A DNA stretch of 64,000 bases, taken from NCBI GenBank assembly GCA_044451945.1, contig JBIOKR010000001.1:7672-71671 (forward strand), written 5' to 3'. The position numbers and the translations under genes were made by a program. Of the stretch, positions 52,920-62,287 are shown in pieces (the first letter of the stretch is position 1; every line of letters begins with the position of its first letter). A model generated the notes under the pieces. It was not told the origin of the DNA. It worked only from the letters and a program-made list of their open reading frames with translations, and searched no databases. Origin of the DNA: Candidatus Lutacidiplasmatales archaeon (GTDB taxonomy: Archaea; Thermoplasmatota; Thermoplasmata; Lutacidiplasmatales; UBA184).

Positions 52920-54155
52920 GTGGAGTTCCAGTTCCTCGGCGGCGCCTCCGAGATCGGATCGCTGGGCTTGGTCGTCCGCGACCAGGGGCGCACCCTCCTG
53001 TTCGACTACGGGATGACCCCGACCGACCCGCCGCAGTTCCCGAGGCCCGCCCCCGTCAACGTCGACCTCGCCTTCCTCTCCCACGCCCACCTCGACCACT
53101 CCGGAATGACCCCGGTTCTGAGCCGGCTCCCGCACGCGAAACTGATCGCGACGCCGGTCACCATCGCCGTCGCCGACCTCTTGACCCGCGACGCGCTCAA
53201 GGTCGCGCGGCTCGAGGGGTACCTCCCGCCGTTCGACCCCGAGGACATCCGCGCCCTCTCGCACCGCACGGTCGCCGTCGACCGGAAGGAGACGTACCGG
53301 TACAAGGGGATCGAGGTGGAGCTCACCCCGGCCGGCCACATCCCCGGCGCGACGATGTACCTTTACCGCGGCGAGAAGGATGTGCTGTTCACCGGCGACG
53401 TGCAGACGATCCCGACGCATCTGGTCGGCGGCGCCGTGCCCGTCCAGTGCGACATCCTCGTGATGGAGTCCACCTACGCGGGCAAGGAGCACACCGACCG
53501 TGCGGAGACCGAGCGGCGCTTCCGCGACAAGATCTCCGAGACGATCGAGCGGGGGGGCAAGGCGATCGTCCCGGCCTTCGCCGTCGGCCGCGCCCAGGAG
53601 GTGCTCATGGCGCTCGCCTCCGCCGGCTTTGAGGTCTGGCTCGATGGGATGGCCCGCAAGGTCAATCAGATCTATCAGAGCGCGCCGGAGTACCTCGCCG
53701 ACGGAAAGAAGTTCCGCCGGGCGCTCGAAGGCGTTCACGTGGTCGAGCACAGCGGCCAGCGACGGGAGGCACTGCGCTCGGCGGATGTGATCGTGACGAC
53801 CGGAGGTATGCTCGACGGCGGCCCGGTCCTCTACTACATCGGGGAGAAGTACCGGGACCCGGCGAGCTCGATCCTTCTGACGGGCTACCAGGTGGACGGC
53901 TCGAACGGCCGCCAACTCCTGGATGACGGTACTCTCACGATCGACGAGGTGACGATCCGCCCTGAATGCGAGGTACTGAAGTTCGACTTCTCGGCGCACG
54001 CGGCCCACTCGGAACTATTGAAGCTCGTCCGGGCGACCCACGCCCGCACGGTGGTGCTGATGCACGGCGAGGAGCGCGAGCGGCTCGCCGAGGCGCTCGC
54101 CGGCGAGTGCGAGGTCCTCATGCCCGAGAACGGTCACAAGTTCACGGTGACCTAA
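52920..54155 (+). CDS. MBL-fold beta-CASP ribonuclease (aCPSF2-like)
   Basis: FLSHAHLDHSGM (HxHxDH), ESTYAG, FDFSAHAAHSEL, VLMHGE. 411 aa. Confidence 0.9.
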   Translation: MEFQFLGGASEIGSLGLVVRDQGRTLLFDYGMTPTDPPQFPRPAPVNVDLAFLSHAHLDHSGMTPVLSRLPHAKLIATPVTIAVADLLTRDALKVARLEGYLPPFDPEDIRALSHRTVAVDRKETYRYKGIEVELTPAGHIPGATMYLYRGEKDVLFTGDVQTIPTHLVGGAVPVQCDILVMESTYAGKEHTDRAETERRFRDKISETIERGGKAIVPAFAVGRAQEVLMALASAGFEVWLDGMARKVNQIYQSAPEYLADGKKFRRALEGVHVVEHSGQRREALRSADVIVTTGGMLDGGPVLYYIGEKYRDPASSILLTGYQVDGSNGRQLLDDGTLTIDEVTIRPECEVLKFDFSAHAAHSELLKLVRATHARTVVLMHGEERERLAEALAGECEVLMPENGHKFTVT

Positions 54156-54267
54156 CGGGGCCGTTCGCCGGCACCGGCGATCTCGAGACCCTTTGGGGGC
54201 GGCGCCCGCCGCTACCCTGGACGACTGTGCGTTACTGCACGAGCTTGGGCCGTCGTCCCCGGGGCGC

Positions 54268-54606
54268 TCAGTCTGGTAGGTCGAGCTGGATCATCCCATC
54301 GATGGTCTTCGTCGGGAACGTCTTGAGGGGTGCGGCGCCGCCCGCCGGGGGTACGATGCCGTCCGGATCCGCCAGCACTCGGCCGTCCTTGAGGGCGTAG
54401 GTGGCCCCATGAAGTGGGCAGACGACCGATTCGCCGTTCAACGTCCCCTCGCTGAGAACGCCGCCCTCGTGGGTGCAGATCCCGTCCAGCGCGTAGATAT
54501 TCGAACCGATGCGGGCCAGAAGTATCGTCGCGGCGTCGATCGTCACCTCGCGCAGGGTCCCTGGAGAGAGGGTCACTGCGGCGACCCCGGTCTTCCTCCA
54601 CGCCAT
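54268..54606 (-). CDS. Rieske [2Fe-2S] ferredoxin-like protein
   Basis: CTHEGG ... CPLHGATY (CxH / CxxH ligands). 112 aa. Confidence 0.88.
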   Translation of the reverse strand: MAWRKTGVAAVTLSPGTLREVTIDAATILLARIGSNIYALDGICTHEGGVLSEGTLNGESVVCPLHGATYALKDGRVLADPDGIVPPAGGAAPLKTFPTKTIDGMIQLDLPD

Positions 54607-54678
54607 GCGCGTCCCTACACTCCGAGATTGATTAGCTTGCGACCCGCGTCGAGCGGGTCGGCCGGGAGACGGGGCCGG

Positions 54679-55728
54679 TCACTCGCCTTCGACCGCCGGT
54701 TCGAAGGAGGTCTCCAACTCGTCTCCGGGGGTCGTCGGGGCCGGGATGGCGGAGAGCGTCTGGTCGATCCACGAGCGCAGGCGGGTCAGCCCGGTCCCCG
54801 TCTTCGCCGAGACCTTGAGCCTCGGCCCCTTGCGCGTCAACAGGTCCGCCTTCGTCTCCACCTCAAGCATCGGGGTGTTCGGGAACTCCGCGCGCCACTT
54901 CTCCAGGAGCGCCTCCTGCTCGGCGAGCGTGTGGCCGCAGCCCTCGGTCGGATCGAGGACGAACAATACCGCCGACGCCGCCTGGCCGACGGCGACCTCG
55001 GCCTCGACCTCCGCGGGGTTCGCCCGTTTGCCACGCCCGAGGACCCCCGGGGTATCGAGCACCTGCAGCCGGTCGAAACCGAGGTCGGCGTGCCCGACGG
55101 AGATGGCCAGCGTCGTGAACGGGTACGGGGCGACCTTCGGCCGGGCCGTCGAAAGCCGGGCCACGAGGGAGGATTTTCCGACGTTCGGAAAGCCGGCGAC
55201 CACCAGCGTGCGGGCCGTCGGGTCGAGCTTCGGGCGCTCCTTGAGGTAGAAGGCGACGTCCCTCAGCACCTTCAGGTCGGGGTCGACCTCGCGCACGAAG
55301 CTCGCGAGCCGGCCGTAGAAACGCCGCACCGAGACGGCGTACTGTTCGGTCTCGGTCGAGCGGGAGACCGTCCGTTGCTCATCCTGGGAGGCGCGTCTGA
55401 TCCGCGAGCCCGCCTCCTGGACCCGCCGGGCGGCACGCTCGAGCTTACCCGCGCCGAAATGCTTCTCGACCAGCGTGAACTCGAACGGGGTAAGCCGGCC
55501 CGGAGCGACCGGCCTAAGCTCGAGGGAGAGGTGGCGAAGGACGACGGCGCCCGCCCGGATCACCTTGAGCTGGGCACGTCGCCGGGCGCGGTCCAGACGA
55601 TCCGCGCCCCGGGGAGTGGCCCGGTACGCCTTGCGGAACGCCGCATCGAGGATTGCCGAGGACGGCTGGACGCTCCGGTCGCTGCGTGCCGCGGCGCCCC
55701 GGTCCTCCCTTCCCTTTCCGGTCGGCAT
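54679..55728 (-). CDS. NOG1-family GTP-binding protein
   Basis: G1 AGFPNVGKSS, G2 PFTT, G3 DTPG, G4 TKADL, with the N-terminal NOG1 helical region. Confidence 0.88.
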   Translation of the reverse strand: MPTGKGREDRGAAARSDRSVQPSSAILDAAFRKAYRATPRGADRLDRARRRAQLKVIRAGAVVLRHLSLELRPVAPGRLTPFEFTLVEKHFGAGKLERAARRVQEAGSRIRRASQDEQRTVSRSTETEQYAVSVRRFYGRLASFVREVDPDLKVLRDVAFYLKERPKLDPTARTLVVAGFPNVGKSSLVARLSTARPKVAPYPFTTLAISVGHADLGFDRLQVLDTPGVLGRGKRANPAEVEAEVAVGQAASAVLFVLDPTEGCGHTLAEQEALLEKWRAEFPNTPMLEVETKADLLTRKGPRLKVSAKTGTGLTRLRSWIDQTLSAIPAPTTPGDELETSFEPAVEGE

Positions 55729-55762
55729 GGTCGCTGCCGAACCTCGGGCGGCCCGAGTCCCT

Positions 55763-57049
55763 CTACGGTATGAGTCTTTCGTTTCGGTAGTCGGTCGTGA
55801 TGCCGCCGAAGAATTTGCTCAGGATCCACACCGTGACGAAGGAGAGGGCGAAGACGGTCACGAGCACGGCGGCCGCGCCCAGCGCCTCGATCCCGAGCTG
55901 GTGGACCGCCGCCATGCCGCCCCCGAACAGTAGACCGTTCGGCAGCGACGGGGCGCCCGCCCCCGCGGCGAAGGAGCCTTGCGCGAAGAACGCGATCATC
56001 GAAAGGCCGAACAGGCCACCCAGCAGATGGCCGGGGAGTAGGCCGATCGGGTCGGCGATCCATTTCGCCTTCCCGAGCAGCATCTCCCCCACGTAGAACA
56101 GGGGCCCACACAGAAGGCCGAGGATGATCGCGCTCCCCGGGCTGACAAAGCCGGCGACCGGCGTGATGACGATGAGGCCCATCAGGATCCCGTTGCCGGC
56201 CCCGAGGAGTCCCGGGTCCTGGCCGGTGACCCAGTAGAGCACGAGCATCAGGGAGACGAATCCGGTCGCCGCGGCAAGGAAGGTCGTGAGAACGACCGTC
56301 ATCGCACTATCGTTGAAGGCGAGTACGCTTCCCGGGTTGAAGCCGAACCAGCCCACCCACAGGAGGAGTATCCCCAAGGTGAACCAACCGGCCGAAAGAC
56401 GGTAGGGGATCTGCGGGCTCTCCCTGAGCCCCTTCGCCTTCTCCTCTCGCCATATCTGGACCAGGATGCCGAGACCGGCGGCGCCCGCGGCCCCGTGGAC
56501 GACCAAGCCCCCGGCGAAGTCGACCATTCCCATCTTCGCAAGCCATCCGGACGGGTTCCAGATCCACGCGGCCGGTAGGTTCCAGATGATCGCGAAGTAG
56601 ACGACGCTGTAGAGGGCGAAGACGGCGGGCTTGACCTTGCGGAGCACGACGACCCCGACCAAGGCCAGGGTCACCGCGGCGAACGCCGTCTCGAACAGGA
56701 AGTAGGTGCCGGTGGTGAGGCCGGTATTGAATCCGGTCGAGGTCATCGACCACCAGATGTCCTGGGTCGGGTCGACGCTCGAGGTGCCGAACCCGCCGAG
56801 GAAGAGGCCGGGACCGTACGAGGGATTCCCGATGATCCCGTTCCAGGTCGGTGCGAACGCCGTGTTGAAGCCGACGATCGCCATCACGACGACCCCGAGA
56901 CAGGTCATCAGGACCGTCTTGAGCAGGCTCACGTTGAGCGCCTCGCCGAGCTCGCCGACCTCGAGGAAGCCGACGGCGATCGTCATCGTGAAGACGAGCA
57001 ATCCGCAGACGAGCACCCAGAGGTTGTTGACGAGGAATTCGGCGATCAT
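55763..57049 (-). CDS. amt: Ammonium transporter (Amt)
   Basis: 11 TM helices. DFAGGLVVHGAAG and GLLGAGNGILMGLI are Amt signatures. Start at ATG 57049 (MIAEFLV). Confidence 0.92.
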   Translation of the reverse strand: MIAEFLVNNLWVLVCGLLVFTMTIAVGFLEVGELGEALNVSLLKTVLMTCLGVVVMAIVGFNTAFAPTWNGIIGNPSYGPGLFLGGFGTSSVDPTQDIWWSMTSTGFNTGLTTGTYFLFETAFAAVTLALVGVVVLRKVKPAVFALYSVVYFAIIWNLPAAWIWNPSGWLAKMGMVDFAGGLVVHGAAGAAGLGILVQIWREEKAKGLRESPQIPYRLSAGWFTLGILLLWVGWFGFNPGSVLAFNDSAMTVVLTTFLAAATGFVSLMLVLYWVTGQDPGLLGAGNGILMGLIVITPVAGFVSPGSAIILGLLCGPLFYVGEMLLGKAKWIADPIGLLPGHLLGGLFGLSMIAFFAQGSFAAGAGAPSLPNGLLFGGGMAAVHQLGIEALGAAAVLVTVFALSFVTVWILSKFFGGITTDYRNERLIP

Positions 57050-57289
57050 CCGACCGCCCTCCCGGACCGGACCGAACGAGGGTGACCCATCCGAGCGTCC
57101 CCTTGCCTGCTGAGAGCGAGCCCGATTCTCGCTATTTATTCGTTCTTCTCGAGGGGGCCGCACTCCCCCGAGGGGAAATCCCGGCGAAAGCCCACGGTTT
57201 CCGCCGGGGACGAGCGCCCAACTCGTCGCGTCCCGCTAACGGACAACCGTTTATTGCCTGCCCGGTCTGAGCGCCCCCCGGAGCTACTT

Positions 57290-58675
57290 GTGACAGGCTG
57301 GATCCGCACGGTTCCCGGGGAGGAAGAAGCCCTCGTCATCGCCCTCGGGCTGAAGGACGTCGAAGAGCTGTTCGCCGACGTTCCCCGCAAGGTCCGCCTG
57401 GGCCGGATGGGCGTCGGCCCGGGGCACGAGGAAGCGGCCCTCGTCCGTGCGGTCGACAAGATCCTCGAGCGGAACCGACCGCTCTCCAAGTTCTCGTCGT
57501 TTGTCGGCGGCCGTATCGCCTCTCGATTTGTCCCCGCCGCGGTGGACGCGATCATCTCCCGGAGCGAATTCTACACCGCCTACACCCCCTACCAGCCCGA
57601 GGCGAGCCAGGGGCTCCTCCAGTCGCTCTTCGAGTTCCAGAGCCTCTGGGTAGAGCTCACCGGGATGGACGCGGCCAACGCTTCGATGTACGACGGGGCC
57701 ACGGCGATGGGCGAAGCCCTGCTCCTGTGCCACCGGCTGCACGAGGGCCACCGATTCCTGATTCCGGCGAGTCTTCCCTGGGAGGAGAAGAGCGTCCTTC
57801 ACAACTACGCCGCGGGCTTTCCCGTCCAGATCGATGAGATCCCGTTCGATCCATCGACCGGTCGCGTCAACCTTGACTGGCTCAGGGCCGAGGTGGGCAA
57901 GGGCGACGTCTTCGGCGTCCTCCTCGACCTACCGAACGGCTTTGGCCACCTGGACGAGGGCCTCTTCGAGGCGAAGTCGCTCATCGGGGACGTCCCGTAC
58001 GTCGTCGCCGCCGACCCGCTCGCCCTCACCGCCGTCGAGCCCCCGGGAAGCTACGGCGCGGACATCGTGGTCGGCGAGGGCCAGGGGTTCGGCGGGGCAC
58101 CGAACTTCGGCGGTCCGCTCCTGGGGCTGTTCGCCTGCCGTCAGGAGCATCTCCACTACAGTCCGGGGAGGATCGTCGGCGCAACGCAGGACGCATCGGG
58201 ACGGCGCGCGTTCACCCTGACCCTGCAGACCCGCGAACAGCATATCCGGCGCTCTCGGGCGACCTCGAACATCTGCACGAACCAGTCGCTGCTCGCCCTC
58301 GCCTTCGTCAGCTATGCAAGCGTCGTCGGACCGAAGGGTCTCGCCTCCCTCCAGCGTAAGCTCGCCGAGAAGGCCCGCACCCTCTCCTCCGCGCTCGCCG
58401 GCATCGACGGGATCGCCTCCCCACGGTTCGAGGCGCCGTACCTCGGAGAGTTCACGCTTGAGGTGAAGCGCGGGACCGCAAGCGCCTTTTTGGACGGTCT
58501 GCGCCGGCGCAAGGTGCTCGGGGGCGCCCCGCTCGCCGACCCGAGGCCCGGTGCAGCCCACCTTAACGGAGAGCTCGTGTTGGTCGCCCCGACCGAGGCG
58601 AGCGACGAAAAGGACATTCAACGCTACGCCCGAGCCGCGCGGGCCGTGGCCGCGAGCCTGGGAGGTGCGAAGTGA
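57290..58675 (+). CDS. gcvPA: Glycine dehydrogenase (decarboxylating) subunit 1
   Basis: YTPYQPEASQG, MYDGATA, and N-terminal WIRTVPGEEEALVIALGLKDVEELF. GTG 57290 is preferred because the track TTG 57254 lies inside a TTTATT box. Confidence 0.92.
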   Translation: MTGWIRTVPGEEEALVIALGLKDVEELFADVPRKVRLGRMGVGPGHEEAALVRAVDKILERNRPLSKFSSFVGGRIASRFVPAAVDAIISRSEFYTAYTPYQPEASQGLLQSLFEFQSLWVELTGMDAANASMYDGATAMGEALLLCHRLHEGHRFLIPASLPWEEKSVLHNYAAGFPVQIDEIPFDPSTGRVNLDWLRAEVGKGDVFGVLLDLPNGFGHLDEGLFEAKSLIGDVPYVVAADPLALTAVEPPGSYGADIVVGEGQGFGGAPNFGGPLLGLFACRQEHLHYSPGRIVGATQDASGRRAFTLTLQTREQHIRRSRATSNICTNQSLLALAFVSYASVVGPKGLASLQRKLAEKARTLSSALAGIDGIASPRFEAPYLGEFTLEVKRGTASAFLDGLRRRKVLGGAPLADPRPGAAHLNGELVLVAPTEASDEKDIQRYARAARAVAASLGGAK

Positions 58676-60159
58676 CGTTCCGTCAGGCCCGCTGGGACGA
58701 GCCGATGATCTGGGATATCTCCCCCCCGAACCCCGGCGAGGCGGTCGAGCCAATCCCCGGACTTCCCGAGCGGATGCGTCGCAAGACACCCGTCGCCTGG
58801 CCCGAGCTCAGTGAGCTCGAGGCGGTCCGCCATTTCACCCGCCTTTCGCAGATGAACTTCGGCATCGACACGAGCGCCTACCCGCTGGGCTCGTGCACGA
58901 TGAAGTACAACCCCAAGGTCTCCGAGCAGCTCGCTCGGCGTCCGGGCGTGATGGACGTCCATCCGTACCAGCCCGAGGAGACCGTCCAAGGATCTCTCGA
59001 GGTCATCTGGCGGCTCGAGAGGGGGCTCGCGCGCGTGACGGGCCTCTCCGAGGTGTCGCTCCAGCCGGCGGCCGGAGCGCACGGGGAGTTCGCGGCGCTC
59101 CTCATGACCCGGGCGTATTTCCGGGACAAAGGCGAGCTCGAACGGAGAACCCAGGTGCTCCTTCCGGACACCGCGCACGGGACGAACCCGGCCTCGGCGA
59201 AGATGGCCGGCTTCGAGACGCTCGAGATCCGTTCGAAGGACGGGTGCGTCGACCTCGCCGCGCTCAGAGCCGCCGTGAGCGACCGCACCGCGGCGTTCAT
59301 GCTCACGAACCCGAACACCGCCGGACTCTTCGAGACCGAGATCGTGGAGATCGCCGAGACCGTCCACGACGTGGGCGGCGTCCTCTATTATGACGGCGCG
59401 AACCTGAACGCGATCCTCGGGGTGACGAACCCCGGGCGCATGGGGTTCGACGTCGCCCACCTGAATCTCCACAAGACGTTCGCGACCCCGCACGGTGGCG
59501 GCGGACCGGGCGCGGGCGTGCTCGCCGCCGGGGAACGGCTCGCCGATTACCTGCCGGTCCCCCGGGTCGTGAAGAAGGGCCGCAAGTTCCACCTCGACTA
59601 CGACCGGCCCAAGTCGATCGGCAAGATCAAGACCGGCTACGGCAACTTCGGCCTCGACCTGCGGGCGTACGTCTACCTCCTGGCGTACGGAGAGGAAGGG
59701 CTCAAGCGGGTCTCGCGGCGCGCGGTCCTCAACTCGAACTACCTGGGAGCCCGACTCGGCAAGTTCCTCCCGAGACCGTTCAAGCCCCTCGTCAAGCACG
59801 AGTTCCTGCTCTCAGGGGCCCCGCTCCGCGCCAAAGGCGTGCGCACGCTCGATCTCGCCAAGCGCCTACTGGACGAGGGCGTCCACGCCCCGACGATCTA
59901 CTTCCCGTCGCTCGTCGAGGAGGCGCTGATGTTCGAGTTCCCCGAGACGGAGAGCAAGCGCGAGCTCGATCTGTTCGCCGAGGCGTTCGAGCGCGCGGTC
60001 ACCGATACGCCGGAGCGCCTGCACGCATCCCCGCACAATCTCTCGGTGGGCCGGGTCGATGAGGTGCTGGCCGCCCGGCAGCTCGTCCTCTCCTGGAAGG
60101 ACATGCGATCCCCGCCCGAGAAGCTTGAAGCCCTCCCGACCGTAGGGGGGCCGGCATGA
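58672..60159 (+). CDS. gcvPB: Glycine dehydrogenase (decarboxylating) subunit 2
   Basis: LGSCTMKYNP, NLHKTFATPHGGGGPG (PLP-Lys context). The GTG start overlaps the gcvPA stop. Confidence 0.93.
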   Translation: MTFRQARWDEPMIWDISPPNPGEAVEPIPGLPERMRRKTPVAWPELSELEAVRHFTRLSQMNFGIDTSAYPLGSCTMKYNPKVSEQLARRPGVMDVHPYQPEETVQGSLEVIWRLERGLARVTGLSEVSLQPAAGAHGEFAALLMTRAYFRDKGELERRTQVLLPDTAHGTNPASAKMAGFETLEIRSKDGCVDLAALRAAVSDRTAAFMLTNPNTAGLFETEIVEIAETVHDVGGVLYYDGANLNAILGVTNPGRMGFDVAHLNLHKTFATPHGGGGPGAGVLAAGERLADYLPVPRVVKKGRKFHLDYDRPKSIGKIKTGYGNFGLDLRAYVYLLAYGEEGLKRVSRRAVLNSNYLGARLGKFLPRPFKPLVKHEFLLSGAPLRAKGVRTLDLAKRLLDEGVHAPTIYFPSLVEEALMFEFPETESKRELDLFAEAFERAVTDTPERLHASPHNLSVGRVDEVLAARQLVLSWKDMRSPPEKLEALPTVGGPA

Positions 60160-61262
60160 AGGACCGCGTGCGCCGCGTCATGGAGTCGCTCTCGCCCAAG
60201 GCCGATGCGCTCGTCCTCGCGAACTCGGTCGAGCCCCACCTCGACATGAGCTTCTTCTACCTTTTCGACGCGCCGAGCGGGCTATTCGAGGGGAGCCACG
60301 CCGTGGCGTTCCCGGACGGCCGGCTCCACGTCTTCAGCTCCCCCCTCGAGGAGGAGAGCGCGCGTCAGGCGGCGAAGGGAGACTCGTCGGTCGAGGTCCA
60401 CACCGAGACCGGGGACGAAAAGCAGAAGGTCTTGAAGGGCCTGCTCGGCTCCTCGAAGAACGTCGCGCTCAACTTCCACGAGCTGACGCACGAGTCGTAC
60501 CTTGCGATCGCCAAGGCGTTCCCGAAGGCGAGCTTCAGCGACGCGAGCGAGGCGCTTCGCAGGGTCCGGCGGATCAAGGACAAGAAGGAGGTCGAGCGGC
60601 TGGAGCGGGCGGCCGGCTTCGCCTCGAAGGTGGCGACCGAGATCCCCTCGATGCTGCACCGCGGGATGACCGAGCTCGAGCTCGCCGCCGAGATCGAGCA
60701 CCGGATGATGCTGGGCGGCGCGGCCGGGCGCAGCTTTGCCACCATCGTCGGCTTCGGGCCGAAGAGCGCCGAACCCCACTACGCCCCGGCCGACCGCCCG
60801 CTGACCCCGGGCGTCTCGATCGTGTGCGACTTCGGGGCGCTCTGCGAGCGCTACGCCTCCGACATCACCCGCTCCTTCCGATTCGGTCCGCGCGATGACG
60901 AGCTCAAGCGGGTGCACGAGACGGTCGCCCGCGCCCAGGCGGCCGCCCTCGAGGTGATCCGCCCCGGCGCGATCGCCAAGGACGTCCACGGCGCCGCGCA
61001 GGCGGTCGTCGACGCATCCCCGTGGAAAGGTCGCTTCACCCACGGGCTCGGCCACTCGATCGGGCTCGCGGTGCACGACGGCTTCGCGATGAACCACTTG
61101 ATCGACGTTCCCCTCGAGGAGGGGATGGCGATCACCGTCGAGCCGGGGATCTACCTCCCCGGCCGAGGGGGCGTCCGGATCGAGGACGACATCGTCGTCA
61201 CCCGCAACGGGTACCGGTTCCTCACCACGGCCCCCCGGGAGTACATCGAGGTACCCGCGTGA
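60156..61262 (+). CDS. M24-family Xaa-Pro dipeptidase/aminopeptidase
   Basis: CDFGALCERYASDITR, GHSIGLAVHD, TVEPGIYLPGRGGVRIED. ATGA overlap with gcvPB. Confidence 0.9.
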   Translation: MKDRVRRVMESLSPKADALVLANSVEPHLDMSFFYLFDAPSGLFEGSHAVAFPDGRLHVFSSPLEEESARQAAKGDSSVEVHTETGDEKQKVLKGLLGSSKNVALNFHELTHESYLAIAKAFPKASFSDASEALRRVRRIKDKKEVERLERAAGFASKVATEIPSMLHRGMTELELAAEIEHRMMLGGAAGRSFATIVGFGPKSAEPHYAPADRPLTPGVSIVCDFGALCERYASDITRSFRFGPRDDELKRVHETVARAQAAALEVIRPGAIAKDVHGAAQAVVDASPWKGRFTHGLGHSIGLAVHDGFAMNHLIDVPLEEGMAITVEPGIYLPGRGGVRIEDDIVVTRNGYRFLTTAPREYIEVPA

Positions 61263-62281
61263 GGTTCGGGGTCCTGACGGGCGGCGGCGACTGCCCCGGG
61301 CTCAACGCGGCGATCCGGGGCGTCGTCTATCGGGCCAACCGTCTGGGCCACGAGACGATCGGGTTCCGGGACGGCTGGAAGGGGGTTCGCGACGGACTCT
61401 CTCGCCCGCTCACCCCAGGGGAGCTGTTCGATTCCGTCACCCGCGGGGGCACCGTTCTCGGCACCTCCCGCACGAATCCGTTCAAGAGCCCGGAGGACGC
61501 GGCGAAGGTGTCGGGCACGCTTTCGAGCTTGAAGGTCGACGCGCTCGTCGCCATCGGGGGGGACGATACGCTCACCGCCGCCCGCGAGCTATTCCGGCGC
61601 GGCGGCAAAGTGGTCGGCGTGCCGAAGACGATGGACAACGACGTCGCCGCGACCGACTGGACGTTCGGCTTCGACTCCGCCTCCTCGGTCTCCACCGAAG
61701 CGCTCGAGCGCCTTCGCGACACGGCATCGAGCCATCACCGGGCGATCGTCCTCGAGGTGATGGGCCGTGAGGCCGGGTGGGTGGCCCTCGCCACCGGGCT
61801 CGCGGGGGGCGCCGACGCCACCCTCGTCCCCGAGGAACCGTACGACGAGGCGCAATTGATGCGGCGCGTTCGCTCCGCCCATGGCGCCCGCGGCTTTGCC
61901 ATGGTCGTCGTCTCCGAGGGGGTCGACCTCGGGGCGGCGAAGGGCTCGGCCGGCGGGGCCGACCAGTTCGGCCACGAGCTGCTGAGGGAGCGGCAGGTCG
62001 GCCAGCTCCTCGCGGAACGGATCCAGAAGGAGACCGGCATCGAGACCCGCAGCGCCCAGATCGGGCACATACAACGGGGCGGTCCCCCGACGCTCTTCGA
62101 CCGGCTGCTCGCGACGCGGCTGGGCGTGAAGGCCGTCGACCTTGCGGTCGAGGGCCACTTTGGCCAGGTCGCCGTGCTGCGGGGCGAAGCGGTCCGGGGC
62201 GTCCCCTTCGACGAGGCGCTCCAAGGGACGAAGCGGGTCGGTGCCGACTGGCTTGAGCTCCTGCACACCTTCGAGCCGTAG
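61259..62281 (+). CDS. pfp: 6-phosphofructokinase, sequence signature of the PPi-dependent type
   Basis: FGVLTGGGDCPGLNAAIRG, AIGGDDTL (Asp at the Gly104 position), VPKTMDNDV (Lys at the Gly124 position). The GTG start overlaps the preceding stop (GTGA). The track ORF start at 61022 is upstream read-through. Confidence 0.88.
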   Translation: MRFGVLTGGGDCPGLNAAIRGVVYRANRLGHETIGFRDGWKGVRDGLSRPLTPGELFDSVTRGGTVLGTSRTNPFKSPEDAAKVSGTLSSLKVDALVAIGGDDTLTAARELFRRGGKVVGVPKTMDNDVAATDWTFGFDSASSVSTEALERLRDTASSHHRAIVLEVMGREAGWVALATGLAGGADATLVPEEPYDEAQLMRRVRSAHGARGFAMVVVSEGVDLGAAKGSAGGADQFGHELLRERQVGQLLAERIQKETGIETRSAQIGHIQRGGPPTLFDRLLATRLGVKAVDLAVEGHFGQVAVLRGEAVRGVPFDEALQGTKRVGADWLELLHTFEP

Positions 62282-62287
62282 GCTCCG

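Noticed and set aside
57050-57289. Glycine riboswitch upstream of gcvPA
   Set aside because: The conserved glycine-aptamer elements are not recognisable and this riboswitch class is bacterial. Only generic GC-rich hairpins are present.
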